A program made the translations under genes and the position numbers. Under the pieces are notes generated by a model. The model had not been told where the DNA came from. It saw nothing but the letters and a program-made list of their open reading frames with translations, and ran no database searches. Below are positions 16,484-26,576 of a stretch of DNA of 64,000 nt, piece by piece; the stretch's first letter is position 1, and the number at the start of each line of letters is the position of its first letter. The DNA is taken from the NCBI GenBank assembly GCA_964549685.1, contig CAZJVE010000002.1:32001-96000 (forward strand). Direction: 5' to 3'. Source of the DNA: an uncultured archaeon (GTDB lineage Archaea > Altiarchaeota > Altiarchaeia > IMC4 > QMZM01).

Positions 16484-18892
16484 ATGAATAGGACAATAAT
16501 CTACATGATGCTGGCAGCCATGGTATTCTTTTCCGGCTGCGTTGTAGAAGTGGAGCAGAACGGCTACATCAATGGAACCATCGAGATAACCGGCTATGCA
16601 CTTGGCTCGAACCTGTCCAGCTACACGGTCGAGATTGGAGAGAGCTTTAATGCCACCCAGTGGTCCACGACCGGGGTGGAATTAATCAGCAGCGGCACCT
16701 CAGAGATAGCCAATGGTACTCTGGCAAGATGGGACACCACTGCCGTGAGGGACGGGCAGTACACCATAAGGCTGACGGTCACGGACACGAACAACGTCAG
16801 CAGCCAGGACCTGGTCTATGTTAATGTTGACAACGTCTTCATAGACTCGCCGGAGAACGGCTCCCCCGTCAGCAACGCAGACCTCATTGATATTAAGGGC
16901 AAGGCCGTCGGCCTGACTTTTACCAGCTACTCAATCGACTATAGCCCCGACAACGAAAATTGGTCCGCTGCCGGAATATCCCTCGCAAATAACGGGACAG
17001 AAAAGGTGGATAACGACACCCTTGCCACGTGGAATACATCTTACGCAGAAAATTCCGGCAGGCATACCCTGCGGCTCAATGTATACGGCCCCGGAGGTTT
17101 GATAAACTCCGACAACAGTACCGTAATACTGGCAAACTATCAGGCGGGCTGGCCGCAGGCAACGGGCGGGAACATATACTCCTCCCCTGCAGTCGGGGAC
17201 CTGGACAACGACGGCGACCTGGAGATTGTTGTTGGCTCCCTTGATGGCTATGTCTATGCCTGGCACCACAACGGCACCATGGTGGCTGGATGGTATCAGA
17301 TAACTCAGAACTATGTCCGGTCCTCCCCGACACTCTCGGACCTGGACAACGACGGCGATTTAGAGGTCGTTGTTGGTTCTTATGACGACGAGGTCTATGC
17401 ATGGCACCACGACGCCAACCCGGTCCAGGGCTGGTCAAACGATATTAGTGATTACTCGGATATGAAAACCTCCCCTGCAATATCTGACCTTGACGGCGAC
17501 GGAGCCAAGGAGATTGTCGTAGGGGCAGGCACCACCGTATACGCCTGGCACTCCAACGGCTCGGTAGTCGAAAGCGAAGTAGTGGGGGACACGCATGAAT
17601 ATTCCCTCGAATCCCAGCACCCCTACGATAATTATCTGGACAAGACATGGACCATAACCATGCCCGGCTTCACCTCAATAGCTGTTCACTTCACTAAGAT
17701 AGACGTCGAGCAGGGCTTCGATTATCTATATGTCAAGGACGCGTCAGGAAAAACAGTCAATACATACACAGGATTATATGAGGACGTCTGGAGCACCTCG
17801 GTTGATGGAGATACGATAAACATAACTCTGTATTCGGACTACATGATAACCGACTGGGGCTTTGAGATTGACAGAGTTCTGAACGGCTCGGTGGGCGGTT
17901 GGCCCCGGGAGGTGGGGTACGATATCTTTTCTTCCCCGGCGCTGGGCGACCTGGATGGCGACGGAACCCTTGAAGTAGTGGTTGGCTCATATGAAGGGAG
18001 GCTCCATGCGTGGCACCACGACGGAACCCTGGTTGATGGATGGCCCTTGGAGCTCGGGGACCAGTATTCATATATAGAAGGTTCCCCTGCACTCGCAGAC
18101 ATTGACATGGACGGTGACCTCGAGATAATAGTGGGCCTGAATTCCTATACCAATGAAATTCACGCTCTCCATCATTCCGGCCTGGCCGTTGACGGATGGC
18201 CGCAGAATATTTCATACTACTTCGGCTCCTCCCCTGCGGTCGGGGACCTGAATGGAGACGGAACCCCTGAAATAGCCATCGGCTCAGGTACAGGGGTGGC
18301 AATATTCCGGAACAACGGCTCCCTGCTGGCCGGCTGGCCCCAGGACACCGGGGATTACATCTACTCCTCCCCGGCAATAGCAGACCTGGACTGCGACGGC
18401 GACCTTGAGATACTCATTGGCTCCATTGACGGCAGTCTCCATGCCTGGCACCACAACGGCTCCCTGGTGGATGGATGGCCGAAGGAGACAGGGGATTACA
18501 TCTACTCCTCTCCAGCAGTGGCAGACCTCGACGGAGATGGCGACCTCGAGGTCATAGTCGGCTCCTATGACGACAAGATTCATATCTGGGACGAATCAGG
18601 GAGCTGCTCTCCTTATCAGATAGAATGGGACAAGTTCAGTTACAACGAGATGAATACCGGCTGGTATGAGGGAGATGTTACCAATACGACAGCGACGACT
18701 TCCACAACAAGCACAACCACCACCTCTACCAGCACAACCCTACCCAGCTGCGAGACAACCGGTGACATATATCCCTGCGACGGGGAGGTGACTCTCGCAG
18801 AGGTTCTGGATACGATAAATAGCTGGTATAATGGCCTGACAGACATTGGCGATGTAATAATGGCGATTAATAATTGGGCGAATTCAGGGTAA
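16484..18892 (+). CDS. Secreted FG-GAP repeat protein with Ig-like domains, CUB-like insert, Thr-rich linker and C-terminal twin-Trp dockerin-like module
   Basis: Start re-assigned to ATG 16484 (MNRTII...FFSGC). Repeated SSPAxxDLDxDGxLE...AWHHxG...GWP units. ESQHPY...DYLY...SD...WGF CUB-like domain. Confidence 0.88.
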   Translation: MNRTIIYMMLAAMVFFSGCVVEVEQNGYINGTIEITGYALGSNLSSYTVEIGESFNATQWSTTGVELISSGTSEIANGTLARWDTTAVRDGQYTIRLTVTDTNNVSSQDLVYVNVDNVFIDSPENGSPVSNADLIDIKGKAVGLTFTSYSIDYSPDNENWSAAGISLANNGTEKVDNDTLATWNTSYAENSGRHTLRLNVYGPGGLINSDNSTVILANYQAGWPQATGGNIYSSPAVGDLDNDGDLEIVVGSLDGYVYAWHHNGTMVAGWYQITQNYVRSSPTLSDLDNDGDLEVVVGSYDDEVYAWHHDANPVQGWSNDISDYSDMKTSPAISDLDGDGAKEIVVGAGTTVYAWHSNGSVVESEVVGDTHEYSLESQHPYDNYLDKTWTITMPGFTSIAVHFTKIDVEQGFDYLYVKDASGKTVNTYTGLYEDVWSTSVDGDTINITLYSDYMITDWGFEIDRVLNGSVGGWPREVGYDIFSSPALGDLDGDGTLEVVVGSYEGRLHAWHHDGTLVDGWPLELGDQYSYIEGSPALADIDMDGDLEIIVGLNSYTNEIHALHHSGLAVDGWPQNISYYFGSSPAVGDLNGDGTPEIAIGSGTGVAIFRNNGSLLAGWPQDTGDYIYSSPAIADLDCDGDLEILIGSIDGSLHAWHHNGSLVDGWPKETGDYIYSSPAVADLDGDGDLEVIVGSYDDKIHIWDESGSCSPYQIEWDKFSYNEMNTGWYEGDVTNTTATTSTTSTTTTSTSTTLPSCETTGDIYPCDGEVTLAEVLDTINSWYNGLTDIGDVIMAINNWANSG

Positions 18893-20230
18893 ATTGTCCT
18901 TAACGCACTCGAACTCCCTCAGCTCATCCAGAATCAGCTCCCTTATCTCGTCCAGCTTCTCCTCGGTCTTTGCCTCGAATCTGAGAATCAGCGCCGGCTC
19001 CGTATTGGAAGCCCGGACCAGGCCCCAGCCGTGCCTGGTCTGCACCCTGGCTCCATCGACCGTAACGACGTCGTACTTGTCCTGAAACTTCTTCTTGACG
19101 TCCTCGACGATTTCGAACTTCTTCTCCTCAGGGCATGGCACCCTTATCTCCGGGGTCGAATGGTATTCGGGCATATTCGCAATGGTCTCAGAGAGTTTTT
19201 CCTTGCTCTTCGACAGCAGCTCCGCCATTCTGGCAGAGGCAAAGATTCCATCATCGTAGCCGTAGTAGTTATCGGCAAAGAAGAAATGCCCTGACATCTC
19301 TCCCGCCAGGAGGGCGCCCTCCTCACGCATCTTCTTCTTTATGAATGAGTGCCCGGTCCTGTACATTATGGGTGTTCCGCCCTTCTCCCGAATATCCTCA
19401 GCCAATGCCATGGAGCACTTGACCTCGAAGATGATTTTGGCATGGTTCTCTTTCAGGACGTCCCTTGCAAACAGCATCAGAATCTGGTCGCCTCTCACTA
19501 TGTTGCCCTTGTCATCAACTATTCCAAGCCGGTCCGCATCTCCGTCATAGGCAATCCCGAAGTCGGCCCGTTCTATCTTGACTCTCCTTATCAGCTCCTT
19601 GAGAAATTCATCCACTGTTGGATCTGGGTGGTGGCTGGGAAAATTCCCGTCCGGCCTCCAGTTCAGCTTCGTGACCCTGCAGCCCAGCTCCTCGAAGAGC
19701 TTCCCGGAAATCTCTCCTGCCGTGCCATTGCCGGAGTCTATGACTACTGCAATCTTCTTCTTGAGATGAATCCTGTCCTTGACGAATTTTATGTAGTCAT
19801 CGATTACATTCTCCTCGGTGACCTTCCCCTCCCCGGTTACAAAAGCCCCGGCCTCGACCATGTTCTTCAGCTTCTGAATATCCTCGCCATAGAGGGTCTT
19901 CTCCCCCTTACATAGCTTGAAGCCGTTGTATTCCGGCGCATTGTGAGAGCCGGTAATCATAATGCCGCCGTCCTTTCCGTAGTGGCTGATGGCGAAATAG
20001 AGAACAGGGGTCGGGACCATTCCTATGTCCGTTACATTGCAGCCGGAATCTATCAGCCCCTTAATCAGGGAATCCCTCAGTGCGGGAGAACTTAGCCTGC
20101 AGTCTCTTCCAACGACGATATCGCCCCCCTCGACATAGGTTCCAAAGGCCTTTCCGATATTCTTTGCAATATCCTCGGTCAAATCCTTGCCGGCTATTCC
20201 CCTGATGTCATAGGCTCGAAAGATGCTCAT
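18884..20230 (-). CDS. Phosphomannomutase/phosphoglucomutase
   Basis: IFRAYDIRG, TGSHN (phospho-Ser), DGDADR, GEMSGH, RASNTEP. Start at ATG 20230. Confidence 0.96.
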   Translation of the reverse strand: MSIFRAYDIRGIAGKDLTEDIAKNIGKAFGTYVEGGDIVVGRDCRLSSPALRDSLIKGLIDSGCNVTDIGMVPTPVLYFAISHYGKDGGIMITGSHNAPEYNGFKLCKGEKTLYGEDIQKLKNMVEAGAFVTGEGKVTEENVIDDYIKFVKDRIHLKKKIAVVIDSGNGTAGEISGKLFEELGCRVTKLNWRPDGNFPSHHPDPTVDEFLKELIRRVKIERADFGIAYDGDADRLGIVDDKGNIVRGDQILMLFARDVLKENHAKIIFEVKCSMALAEDIREKGGTPIMYRTGHSFIKKKMREEGALLAGEMSGHFFFADNYYGYDDGIFASARMAELLSKSKEKLSETIANMPEYHSTPEIRVPCPEEKKFEIVEDVKKKFQDKYDVVTVDGARVQTRHGWGLVRASNTEPALILRFEAKTEEKLDEIRELILDELREFECVKDNLP

Positions 20231-21060
20231 TCTATATCCTTCCACCCCTTTATCGCCTTTTCATAGGCCTCGTGCGTTCCCGTATCGAACCACTGCCCCT
20301 TGAACCTGTAGCCGCAGAGCTGACCCTCCCTCGCAAGCCTTGGAAAAACACCCTTCTCCATCATCGAGCGCCCCTCGGGGACGTAGTCGATGACCTTGGG
20401 CTCCAGGAGATAGACCCCTGCGTTTATGAACTTCGAGGGCTCCTTACCTTTTTCCGGCTTTTCTATGAACTCAAGAATCTTATCGCCCTCAAGCTTCGCG
20501 ACCCCGAACCTGGATGGCTCATCCACCGCCGTCAGAGCAATCGTGGCAAGGCACTTGTTCTTCCTGTGAAAGTGAATCATCTCATGGAGGTCTATGTTTG
20601 CAAGCACATCACCATTAAACATGAAGAAGGACCTGTCCGGCCTCTCCTCCAGGAGGTTGAGCGAACCGGCTGTTCCAAGCTCTTCCTCCTCGACAATGTA
20701 TCTTATATTCACACCGAGATTTGTGCCGTTGCCTAGTCCAGACTGTATCCTGTCGCCCATGTAGCCGATGGACATGACAATGTTCGTTATGTGGTGCTTC
20801 CTCAGCAGTTCGATTGTGTGCTGAACGAGGGGCTTTTCATGCACCGGAATCAGTGGCTTGGGAATCTCATAGGTGAAGGGCCGCATCCTTGTCCCTTTGC
20901 CTCCGGCAAGAATCAGTGCCATGTCCACTCTGCTGGAAGCCAGCGCCTTGGAAAGCAGGAAATTCACGGCATCGGAGCGATTCTTTATCCTGTCATCATC
21001 GATGAATTCGTCAACGTCCTCCAGAATCTCTTCATCTATGCTTATAGACTTCTCACCCAT
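20227..21060 (-). CDS. Sugar-1-phosphate nucleotidyltransferase with N-terminal ribbon-helix-helix domain
   Basis: ILAGGKGTRMRP, PKPLIP, LGTAG, NGD, FIEKP, INAGVY, WFDTG. N-terminal SISIDEEILEDVD...NRSDAVNFLL resembles CopG/NikR RHH. Confidence 0.9.
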   Translation of the reverse strand: MGEKSISIDEEILEDVDEFIDDDRIKNRSDAVNFLLSKALASSRVDMALILAGGKGTRMRPFTYEIPKPLIPVHEKPLVQHTIELLRKHHITNIVMSIGYMGDRIQSGLGNGTNLGVNIRYIVEEEELGTAGSLNLLEERPDRSFFMFNGDVLANIDLHEMIHFHRKNKCLATIALTAVDEPSRFGVAKLEGDKILEFIEKPEKGKEPSKFINAGVYLLEPKVIDYVPEGRSMMEKGVFPRLAREGQLCGYRFKGQWFDTGTHEAYEKAIKGWKDIE

Positions 21061-21110
21061 TTTGAATATATTGGTTGGAATATTTATATCTACTTTTATA
21101 ATTAAGTTAC

Positions 21111-23507
21111 ATGGTCAAGATTCGATTTTTTGTCTTGCTTTTGGTGCTGATTCTTGCCCCGCTGGCAAGTTCATCGGAGCCTTCGATGGGTCTCAAGTGG
21201 GAGGAGGAGCTGAAGAACCCGGTAACTGCAGTCGAGATTGCCGACGTTAATGGAGACGGTAAAAAGGAGATTGTTGCTGCCGTGTCTGAAACTCGATTTA
21301 TCGGCGGAACGCTGGCTGGCTCCGGTAAGATATACCTTCTGGACCAGGATGGCGATATAATAAACGAGAGCTCTACACTCATCGGGCCGCCTTCCGACAT
21401 ACTTGTTGTTGATGACCTTGATGGAGATGGTAAATCAGAGATTGTATTGGGTATATATTCCCATTCCCACGTCCTGGACTTCAGCTGCAAACCACTGTTC
21501 AAGCCATACGTCGGCAATGGCCGCATAATCGAAAGCATCAAGACTGCCGACCTCGACAACGACGGACCGAAGGAGATAGTGATAACTGCCGTTTCAGATA
21601 ACCAGAACCAGAACGGTGTTTATGTCTTCGACAATACCGGAAAAAGAAAGTGGACCAGGGGTACAAAGGGAAGGTCTTATTCCTTTGCCATAGAGGACAT
21701 CAACAATGACGGCATGTCCGAGGTCGTTGTCGGCACGACGTGGGGGAACGGCCCCATAGCATCATCTACCGGATACGTCAGCGTCTTCAATTCATCGGGC
21801 GGTGAAGTATTCAACCACCGGATAGAGAGGGGCGGCATAGTGTCGGTGGCAGTAGCCGACCTCGACAACGACGGCACGGGCGAGATTCTGGCCGGCTCTT
21901 GGCCGGATTTACGCGTTTTCGACCATGAAGGCAATTCCGAATGGAACTATACTACCGGAGGCAGAATCAACGCGCTTATGGCGGATGATATCAACGGCGG
22001 CGGAAACAAGGAGATAGTAATCGCATCAAACGACGTCTATGTTCTGGACGACGAAGGAAATGAGATATGCAAAAATTCCGCGGGCAGCGAGGTCTACGCG
22101 CTGGAAATAAAGGACCTCGATGGAGACGGCAGGGCGGAGATACTGGCCGGCTCCGACAGGTTTTATGTCCTTGACAGCGAATGCAACGAGGTCTGGAACT
22201 ACAGGACTGACCTGTCCGTAAAGGGCATCTCGGTCGACGACTTGGACAACGACGGCTATTACGAGGTTGCAGTCGGTTCACTGGACAGGACGCTTTACGT
22301 CTTCGGCTCAAAGGAGCACGTGATGGGCAGTTCAGCTGATGATTCCTACTCCGAGGCCCAGAAGCTCTACCTGGCAGGAAACAATGAGCTGGCCCTGAAC
22401 TATTCAAGGAACGCAAAGGAACTATACCAGGAACTCAACGACAGCAAGGGCGTTTCCAGGGCGGAGCGGCTGACAGACCAGATAGAGGGTGCGATAGCGG
22501 ACCAGGGCAACGAGCTGGAGACCGCGAACCGCTATTACAGCCTGGCCGAGAACCTTTCAAATCAGCAGGATTATCTGAATGCGAGCAGATACTTGAAGAC
22601 AGCCATAGCCAAGTACTCTGCCCTCAGTGAAGTAGAGCTGCTTTCGAAGGCGGATTCATTGCTCGAGAAGACCGACAGCATGGTCGCATTAATGGCTGAT
22701 TCAATCTACAATGAAGGGAGCCAGAAGCATTCGGAGAAGAAATACACGGAGGCCATCCCCCTGCTGGAAAATGCACGGGAACACTACTTCTGGGTCAAAG
22801 ACCAGGAGGGCAGCAGGAACAGCGCCCGGCTCATAGCCGACTCCTACCATGAGCTTGCGAAACAGCAGCTGAACACCGGCAACCTTAACGAGGCCAGCAC
22901 ATATTCCCAGAAGGCCAGGTCGCTCTACATCTGCCTGGACAACGAGGGGGCCACCTACTGCGATGCAAGGAACATCCAGATAAAGGGGGCCGATGAACTG
23001 CTGGCCGAGAACCGGAGCTATGACGACAGCGCATACAGGGAAGAGCTCGAGGGCATAGATTCCATTATTGGAAACGTCGCCTCCGGCAGAGGGGGCGCCG
23101 GGCCAATCCCTCCTGAATACATGGACTACCTCCTGGCAATACTCGGGGCTTCAATAGTAATCACGATAATAGCAATAGTCTTCGTCTCAAGGAAGAGGGG
23201 CAGAAAGCGAAGGCGGCCCAGGAAGAAGAAAAAGGAGAAGAAGGCAGAGCCCAAGAAAGAGAAGGGGGACGAGCCTGAGGAAGAGGATGAGGACGAACCT
23301 GAAGAAGAGGAAAAGGCCGACAAAAAGAAAGATGCCAAAAAGGAAAAGGAAATAAAGGAGACGGAGAAGAAGGTAGAGCACCTCATCGGGGTGGGCAGGC
23401 CCGAGCCCGTGGAGAAGCCAAAACGGAGACAGGAGATTAAGAAGATAGAGAAGAGCACACGAAGGGGCGATGGCGCGTCCCTGAACCTATTGAGCGAAAA
23501 TGAATAA
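21111..23507 (+). CDS. Single-pass membrane protein: FG-GAP/VCBS beta-propeller, TPR-like helical stalk, TM and charged cytoplasmic tail
   Basis: Signal peptide, about eight DxxxDGxxE repeats, helical Ala/Tyr-patterned region, TM LLAILGASIVITIIAIVFV, K/E-rich tail. Confidence 0.85.
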   Translation: MVKIRFFVLLLVLILAPLASSSEPSMGLKWEEELKNPVTAVEIADVNGDGKKEIVAAVSETRFIGGTLAGSGKIYLLDQDGDIINESSTLIGPPSDILVVDDLDGDGKSEIVLGIYSHSHVLDFSCKPLFKPYVGNGRIIESIKTADLDNDGPKEIVITAVSDNQNQNGVYVFDNTGKRKWTRGTKGRSYSFAIEDINNDGMSEVVVGTTWGNGPIASSTGYVSVFNSSGGEVFNHRIERGGIVSVAVADLDNDGTGEILAGSWPDLRVFDHEGNSEWNYTTGGRINALMADDINGGGNKEIVIASNDVYVLDDEGNEICKNSAGSEVYALEIKDLDGDGRAEILAGSDRFYVLDSECNEVWNYRTDLSVKGISVDDLDNDGYYEVAVGSLDRTLYVFGSKEHVMGSSADDSYSEAQKLYLAGNNELALNYSRNAKELYQELNDSKGVSRAERLTDQIEGAIADQGNELETANRYYSLAENLSNQQDYLNASRYLKTAIAKYSALSEVELLSKADSLLEKTDSMVALMADSIYNEGSQKHSEKKYTEAIPLLENAREHYFWVKDQEGSRNSARLIADSYHELAKQQLNTGNLNEASTYSQKARSLYICLDNEGATYCDARNIQIKGADELLAENRSYDDSAYREELEGIDSIIGNVASGRGGAGPIPPEYMDYLLAILGASIVITIIAIVFVSRKRGRKRRRPRKKKKEKKAEPKKEKGDEPEEEDEDEPEEEEKADKKKDAKKEKEIKETEKKVEHLIGVGRPEPVEKPKRRQEIKKIEKSTRRGDGASLNLLSENE

Positions 23508-24411
23508 GACACTACTACTCGTGCTGATTATCGCACTGGCCGGGATTTCATCAGCAAGGTACATATCCATATCCACCACCTCGACAGCCGAAAGAATCAC
23601 CGAGGGAGACAGTACAGTTATCGGCGCCAGGCTCGTCAACTCTGGAGACGAGGCAGCGCACGACGTAAGGGTATCCCTCATGCTGCCGGAGGGCTTCAGC
23701 GCGAACGAACTGAAGCCCGGACAGATGGAGCCAGATGAGCCCTATGAAGGGGATTTTACCGTCAGCATAGATAGTGACGTTACCCCCGGGACCTACCTCG
23801 TCGCAATCCTTACCGACTACCGGGACGCGAACGCATACCCCTTCTCCTCGATAACCCAGAGTTTCATCAACCTCGGCGAGGAGACATTTTCCGACATATC
23901 CGGGACCCTGTCGAAAATCAGCATTAGCCCGGAAGGCTCCGCATCAACAACGCTCACGATAAGGAACAGAGGAGATGAAAAGCGCAGGCTGAGGGTCAGG
24001 CTGTTCCTCCCGAGGGAGCTTGAGGCAGACGTTGAAAGCTATGAGCTGGAACTGGGGCCGAGGGCTCAGGAAGAGCACCGATTCAAAATATCCTCCTTCG
24101 GAGCCCTTGCCGGAAGCACCTATATAATCTCTGCATCAATAGAATATGAGGAAGACAACCTCCACTACACCTCAACTGCGTCAGGGGTGGTGGAGATAGT
24201 AACCGAGGAGGAGGTACCTGTGGGAGAGGAGAGCGGGCCAGGCATCTTCGACAGGCTGGACATGACGCTCTTGCTCCTGATAGGCAGCTTTATCCTGCTG
24301 CTCGTAATATTCGCAGCATTGTCGATGAAAAGCAAAAATGAAAAACAAGGAAAAGATATCGGTGATAATCCCGACGCTGAACGAGGAGAAGAACCTCCCG
24401 AAGGTCCTTGA
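23500..24411 (+). CDS. Secreted tandem Ig-like (CARDB/COG1361-like) protein with C-terminal TM anchor
   Basis: Signal peptide, NSGDEAAHDV and IRNRGD Ig motifs, C-terminal hydrophobic helix. Confidence 0.75.
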   Translation: MNKTLLLVLIIALAGISSARYISISTTSTAERITEGDSTVIGARLVNSGDEAAHDVRVSLMLPEGFSANELKPGQMEPDEPYEGDFTVSIDSDVTPGTYLVAILTDYRDANAYPFSSITQSFINLGEETFSDISGTLSKISISPEGSASTTLTIRNRGDEKRRLRVRLFLPRELEADVESYELELGPRAQEEHRFKISSFGALAGSTYIISASIEYEEDNLHYTSTASGVVEIVTEEEVPVGEESGPGIFDRLDMTLLLLIGSFILLLVIFAALSMKSKNEKQGKDIGDNPDAERGEEPPEGP

Positions 24412-25009
24412 GAAGCTCCCCGGCTACGTCGATGAGGTAGTCATAGTCGACGGGCATTCCAAGGACAAGACAGTAGCGGTTGCCAAGAAATTCGGAGCCA
24501 GGGTGGTCTACGACGATGTCGGCAAAGGCTCCGCGCTCCGCGTAGGGATGAAGGAGGTAACGGGCGACATAATCATAATGATGGACGCCGACTGTTCACA
24601 TATCCCAAGCGAGATAGGCCTTCTCGTTGCCGGGATACAGTCCGGCTTTGACATCTGCATGGGCTCCAGGTTCCTACAGGGCGGGGGAACGGAGGACATG
24701 ACCCTGCTCCGGAAATTCGGCAACAAGTTCTTCGTCTTCCTGGTGAACCGGCTCTGGGGCATGAACTACTCTGATTTATGCTACGGCTATCGCTCCCTGA
24801 GGAAGGACAGCATCGATAAACTGGAACTGGAATCCGACGGTTTCGGTGTTGAAACGGAACTATCCATAAAAGCGGCAAAGAAGAAACTTAGAGTCCTTGA
24901 AGTCCCGAGCTACGAAAAGGCAAGGGCATCCGGCGAAGGGAAACTCAGAACCTTCCACGACGGCCGGCTTATCCTGGGAAGAATCCTGACCGAGCTGTTA
25001 AGGAGATAG
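24338..25009 (+). CDS. GT2 glycosyltransferase (polyprenol-phosphate glycosyltransferase-like)
   Basis: SVIIPTLNEE, VDGHSKDKT, GKG, MDAD, GSRF. Confidence 0.93.
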   Translation: MKNKEKISVIIPTLNEEKNLPKVLEKLPGYVDEVVIVDGHSKDKTVAVAKKFGARVVYDDVGKGSALRVGMKEVTGDIIIMMDADCSHIPSEIGLLVAGIQSGFDICMGSRFLQGGGTEDMTLLRKFGNKFFVFLVNRLWGMNYSDLCYGYRSLRKDSIDKLELESDGFGVETELSIKAAKKKLRVLEVPSYEKARASGEGKLRTFHDGRLILGRILTELLRR

Positions 25010-25010
25010 T

Positions 25011-25880
25011 CTATCTGCCCCTCACGACCAGGTCCGCGAGCAGGCCAAACAGCACAACCTGCACTGACGCCACCATCAGTATGACGGTAGTCACGTCCAT
25101 GAACCTGTCCATGAAGATGCTGGAGTACAGGAACACGGATATCCCCGCAAGGAACAGCGCCAATCCAATGGGTAAAAAAATCTTCAGCGGGTTGAAGTAC
25201 ATGATGGTCCTGATAATCAGAACAATGAACCTGGACCCGTCCCGGAACGGCCTTATCTTGCTCTTCCCCTTCCTCTTGTGATAGTCTATCGGGACATACT
25301 TCACTGTATAATTGTTGCTTATATATGCAAGGGTTATCGTGGTCGTGAACGAGAACCCGGAGGAAATCAGGTTGAACAGCCCCATGACCTCTTTCTTTCT
25401 GAAAACCCTCAGCCCGGAATTCAAATCCGGAATTTTCACCCCTGACAGATAGTTCGCCAGCCCGGACAGGAACCACTTTGCGGGCTTTCTGTACGCCTGT
25501 ATCTTTACGTCCTTCCCAGTCCTTGCGCCCACCACCATGTCATACTCATCGATGTGCTTCAGGAGCTTGGGAATGTCCCCAGCGGGATACGTGCCATCGG
25601 CATCGGCAATCAGAACCCACTCGCCACTGGCATGCTTTATCCCATTCTTCAAAGAGGCCCCGTATCCCTGGTTGAAGGAATGGACGACCACCTCTATGCC
25701 GTCTATCCCCCTTAAGACCTCCAGGCTTTTGTCATCGCTTCCGTCGTCTATGGCTATTATCTCATAGCCATGCCCGGACTTGTCCATGACCCCTTTAATA
25801 TCCTTGATAGTCGAGCGCACCAGGTCCTCTTCATTAAAGACCGGAATCAGTATGGATATATCCACGCTATTCTTTTTCAT
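25011..25880 (-). CDS. GT2 glycosyltransferase with two C-terminal TM helices
   Basis: ILIPVFNEE, IDDGSDD, GYGASLK, DADGTY, VVGAR, DLNSGLR. Confidence 0.93.
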   Translation of the reverse strand: MKKNSVDISILIPVFNEEDLVRSTIKDIKGVMDKSGHGYEIIAIDDGSDDKSLEVLRGIDGIEVVVHSFNQGYGASLKNGIKHASGEWVLIADADGTYPAGDIPKLLKHIDEYDMVVGARTGKDVKIQAYRKPAKWFLSGLANYLSGVKIPDLNSGLRVFRKKEVMGLFNLISSGFSFTTTITLAYISNNYTVKYVPIDYHKRKGKSKIRPFRDGSRFIVLIIRTIMYFNPLKIFLPIGLALFLAGISVFLYSSIFMDRFMDVTTVILMVASVQVVLFGLLADLVVRGR

Positions 25881-25883
25881 TGC

Positions 25884-26576
25884 CTATAGCCTCCTTAGAC
25901 TCGCCACAATCCTGTGTTTCAGGACCGGCGGAACGCGTTTTACCTCAATGACATCAAAGTACCCCTTACTAATCCGTTCCAGGAAAGGAACGCTCCCCTC
26001 GTGGAGGTGCCACTCGTAGTCTTCCTGTTTCCTGGCGGCATGGAGGATTCTTGAAAGCCCGATCTTTTTGATTATGGACATTATCTTCTTAATCCTCAGT
26101 TCGTCGGGTATGCTCACCACAAGTAAGCCCTTGGGATTCAGCAACGAATAGACGTTTTTCATGACCTTTTCAGGCTTGGGCACGTGCTCCAGCATCTCCG
26201 AGCACAGAATCTTGTCGAACTTTTCGTCCATCTTCAGGTTCTGGGCGTCACCGAACTGCACCCTGGCATCAATACCGCGTTCATCAATAAGCTCCTTCGC
26301 CCTCTTTAAAGCTACTCTGGATATGTCGACGCCGACTATCTTTTTGGCCTTGGGAAGCATGGTAAGGCAATAGCCCTCGCCGCAGCCGAGGTCAAGGACC
26401 GAATCATCCTCTGAAATTTTCGCCATGTTCACGATAGTTTTCAATCGCAACAGCTCAACCAATCTCAGCAGAAAATTCTTGCTCTCAAACAACGTCCCTT
26501 CTCCATGATATTTCCTGACCATGTCATCGTTCCATTGAGACAGTTCATCCGTGGATGATTCCTTGGAAATTACCAT
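25884..26576 (-). CDS. Class I SAM-dependent methyltransferase
   Basis: VLDLGCGEG, GVDIS, FDKILCSEMLEHV. Confidence 0.92.
   Translation of the reverse strand: MVISKESSTDELSQWNDDMVRKYHGEGTLFESKNFLLRLVELLRLKTIVNMAKISEDDSVLDLGCGEGYCLTMLPKAKKIVGVDISRVALKRAKELIDERGIDARVQFGDAQNLKMDEKFDKILCSEMLEHVPKPEKVMKNVYSLLNPKGLLVVSIPDELRIKKIMSIIKKIGLSRILHAARKQEDYEWHLHEGSVPFLERISKGYFDVIEVKRVPPVLKHRIVASLRRL

Noticed and set aside
17150-18600. Repeated DNA suggesting a mobile or CRISPR-like repeat
   Set aside because: These are coding FG-GAP repeats (SSPAxxDLDxDG).
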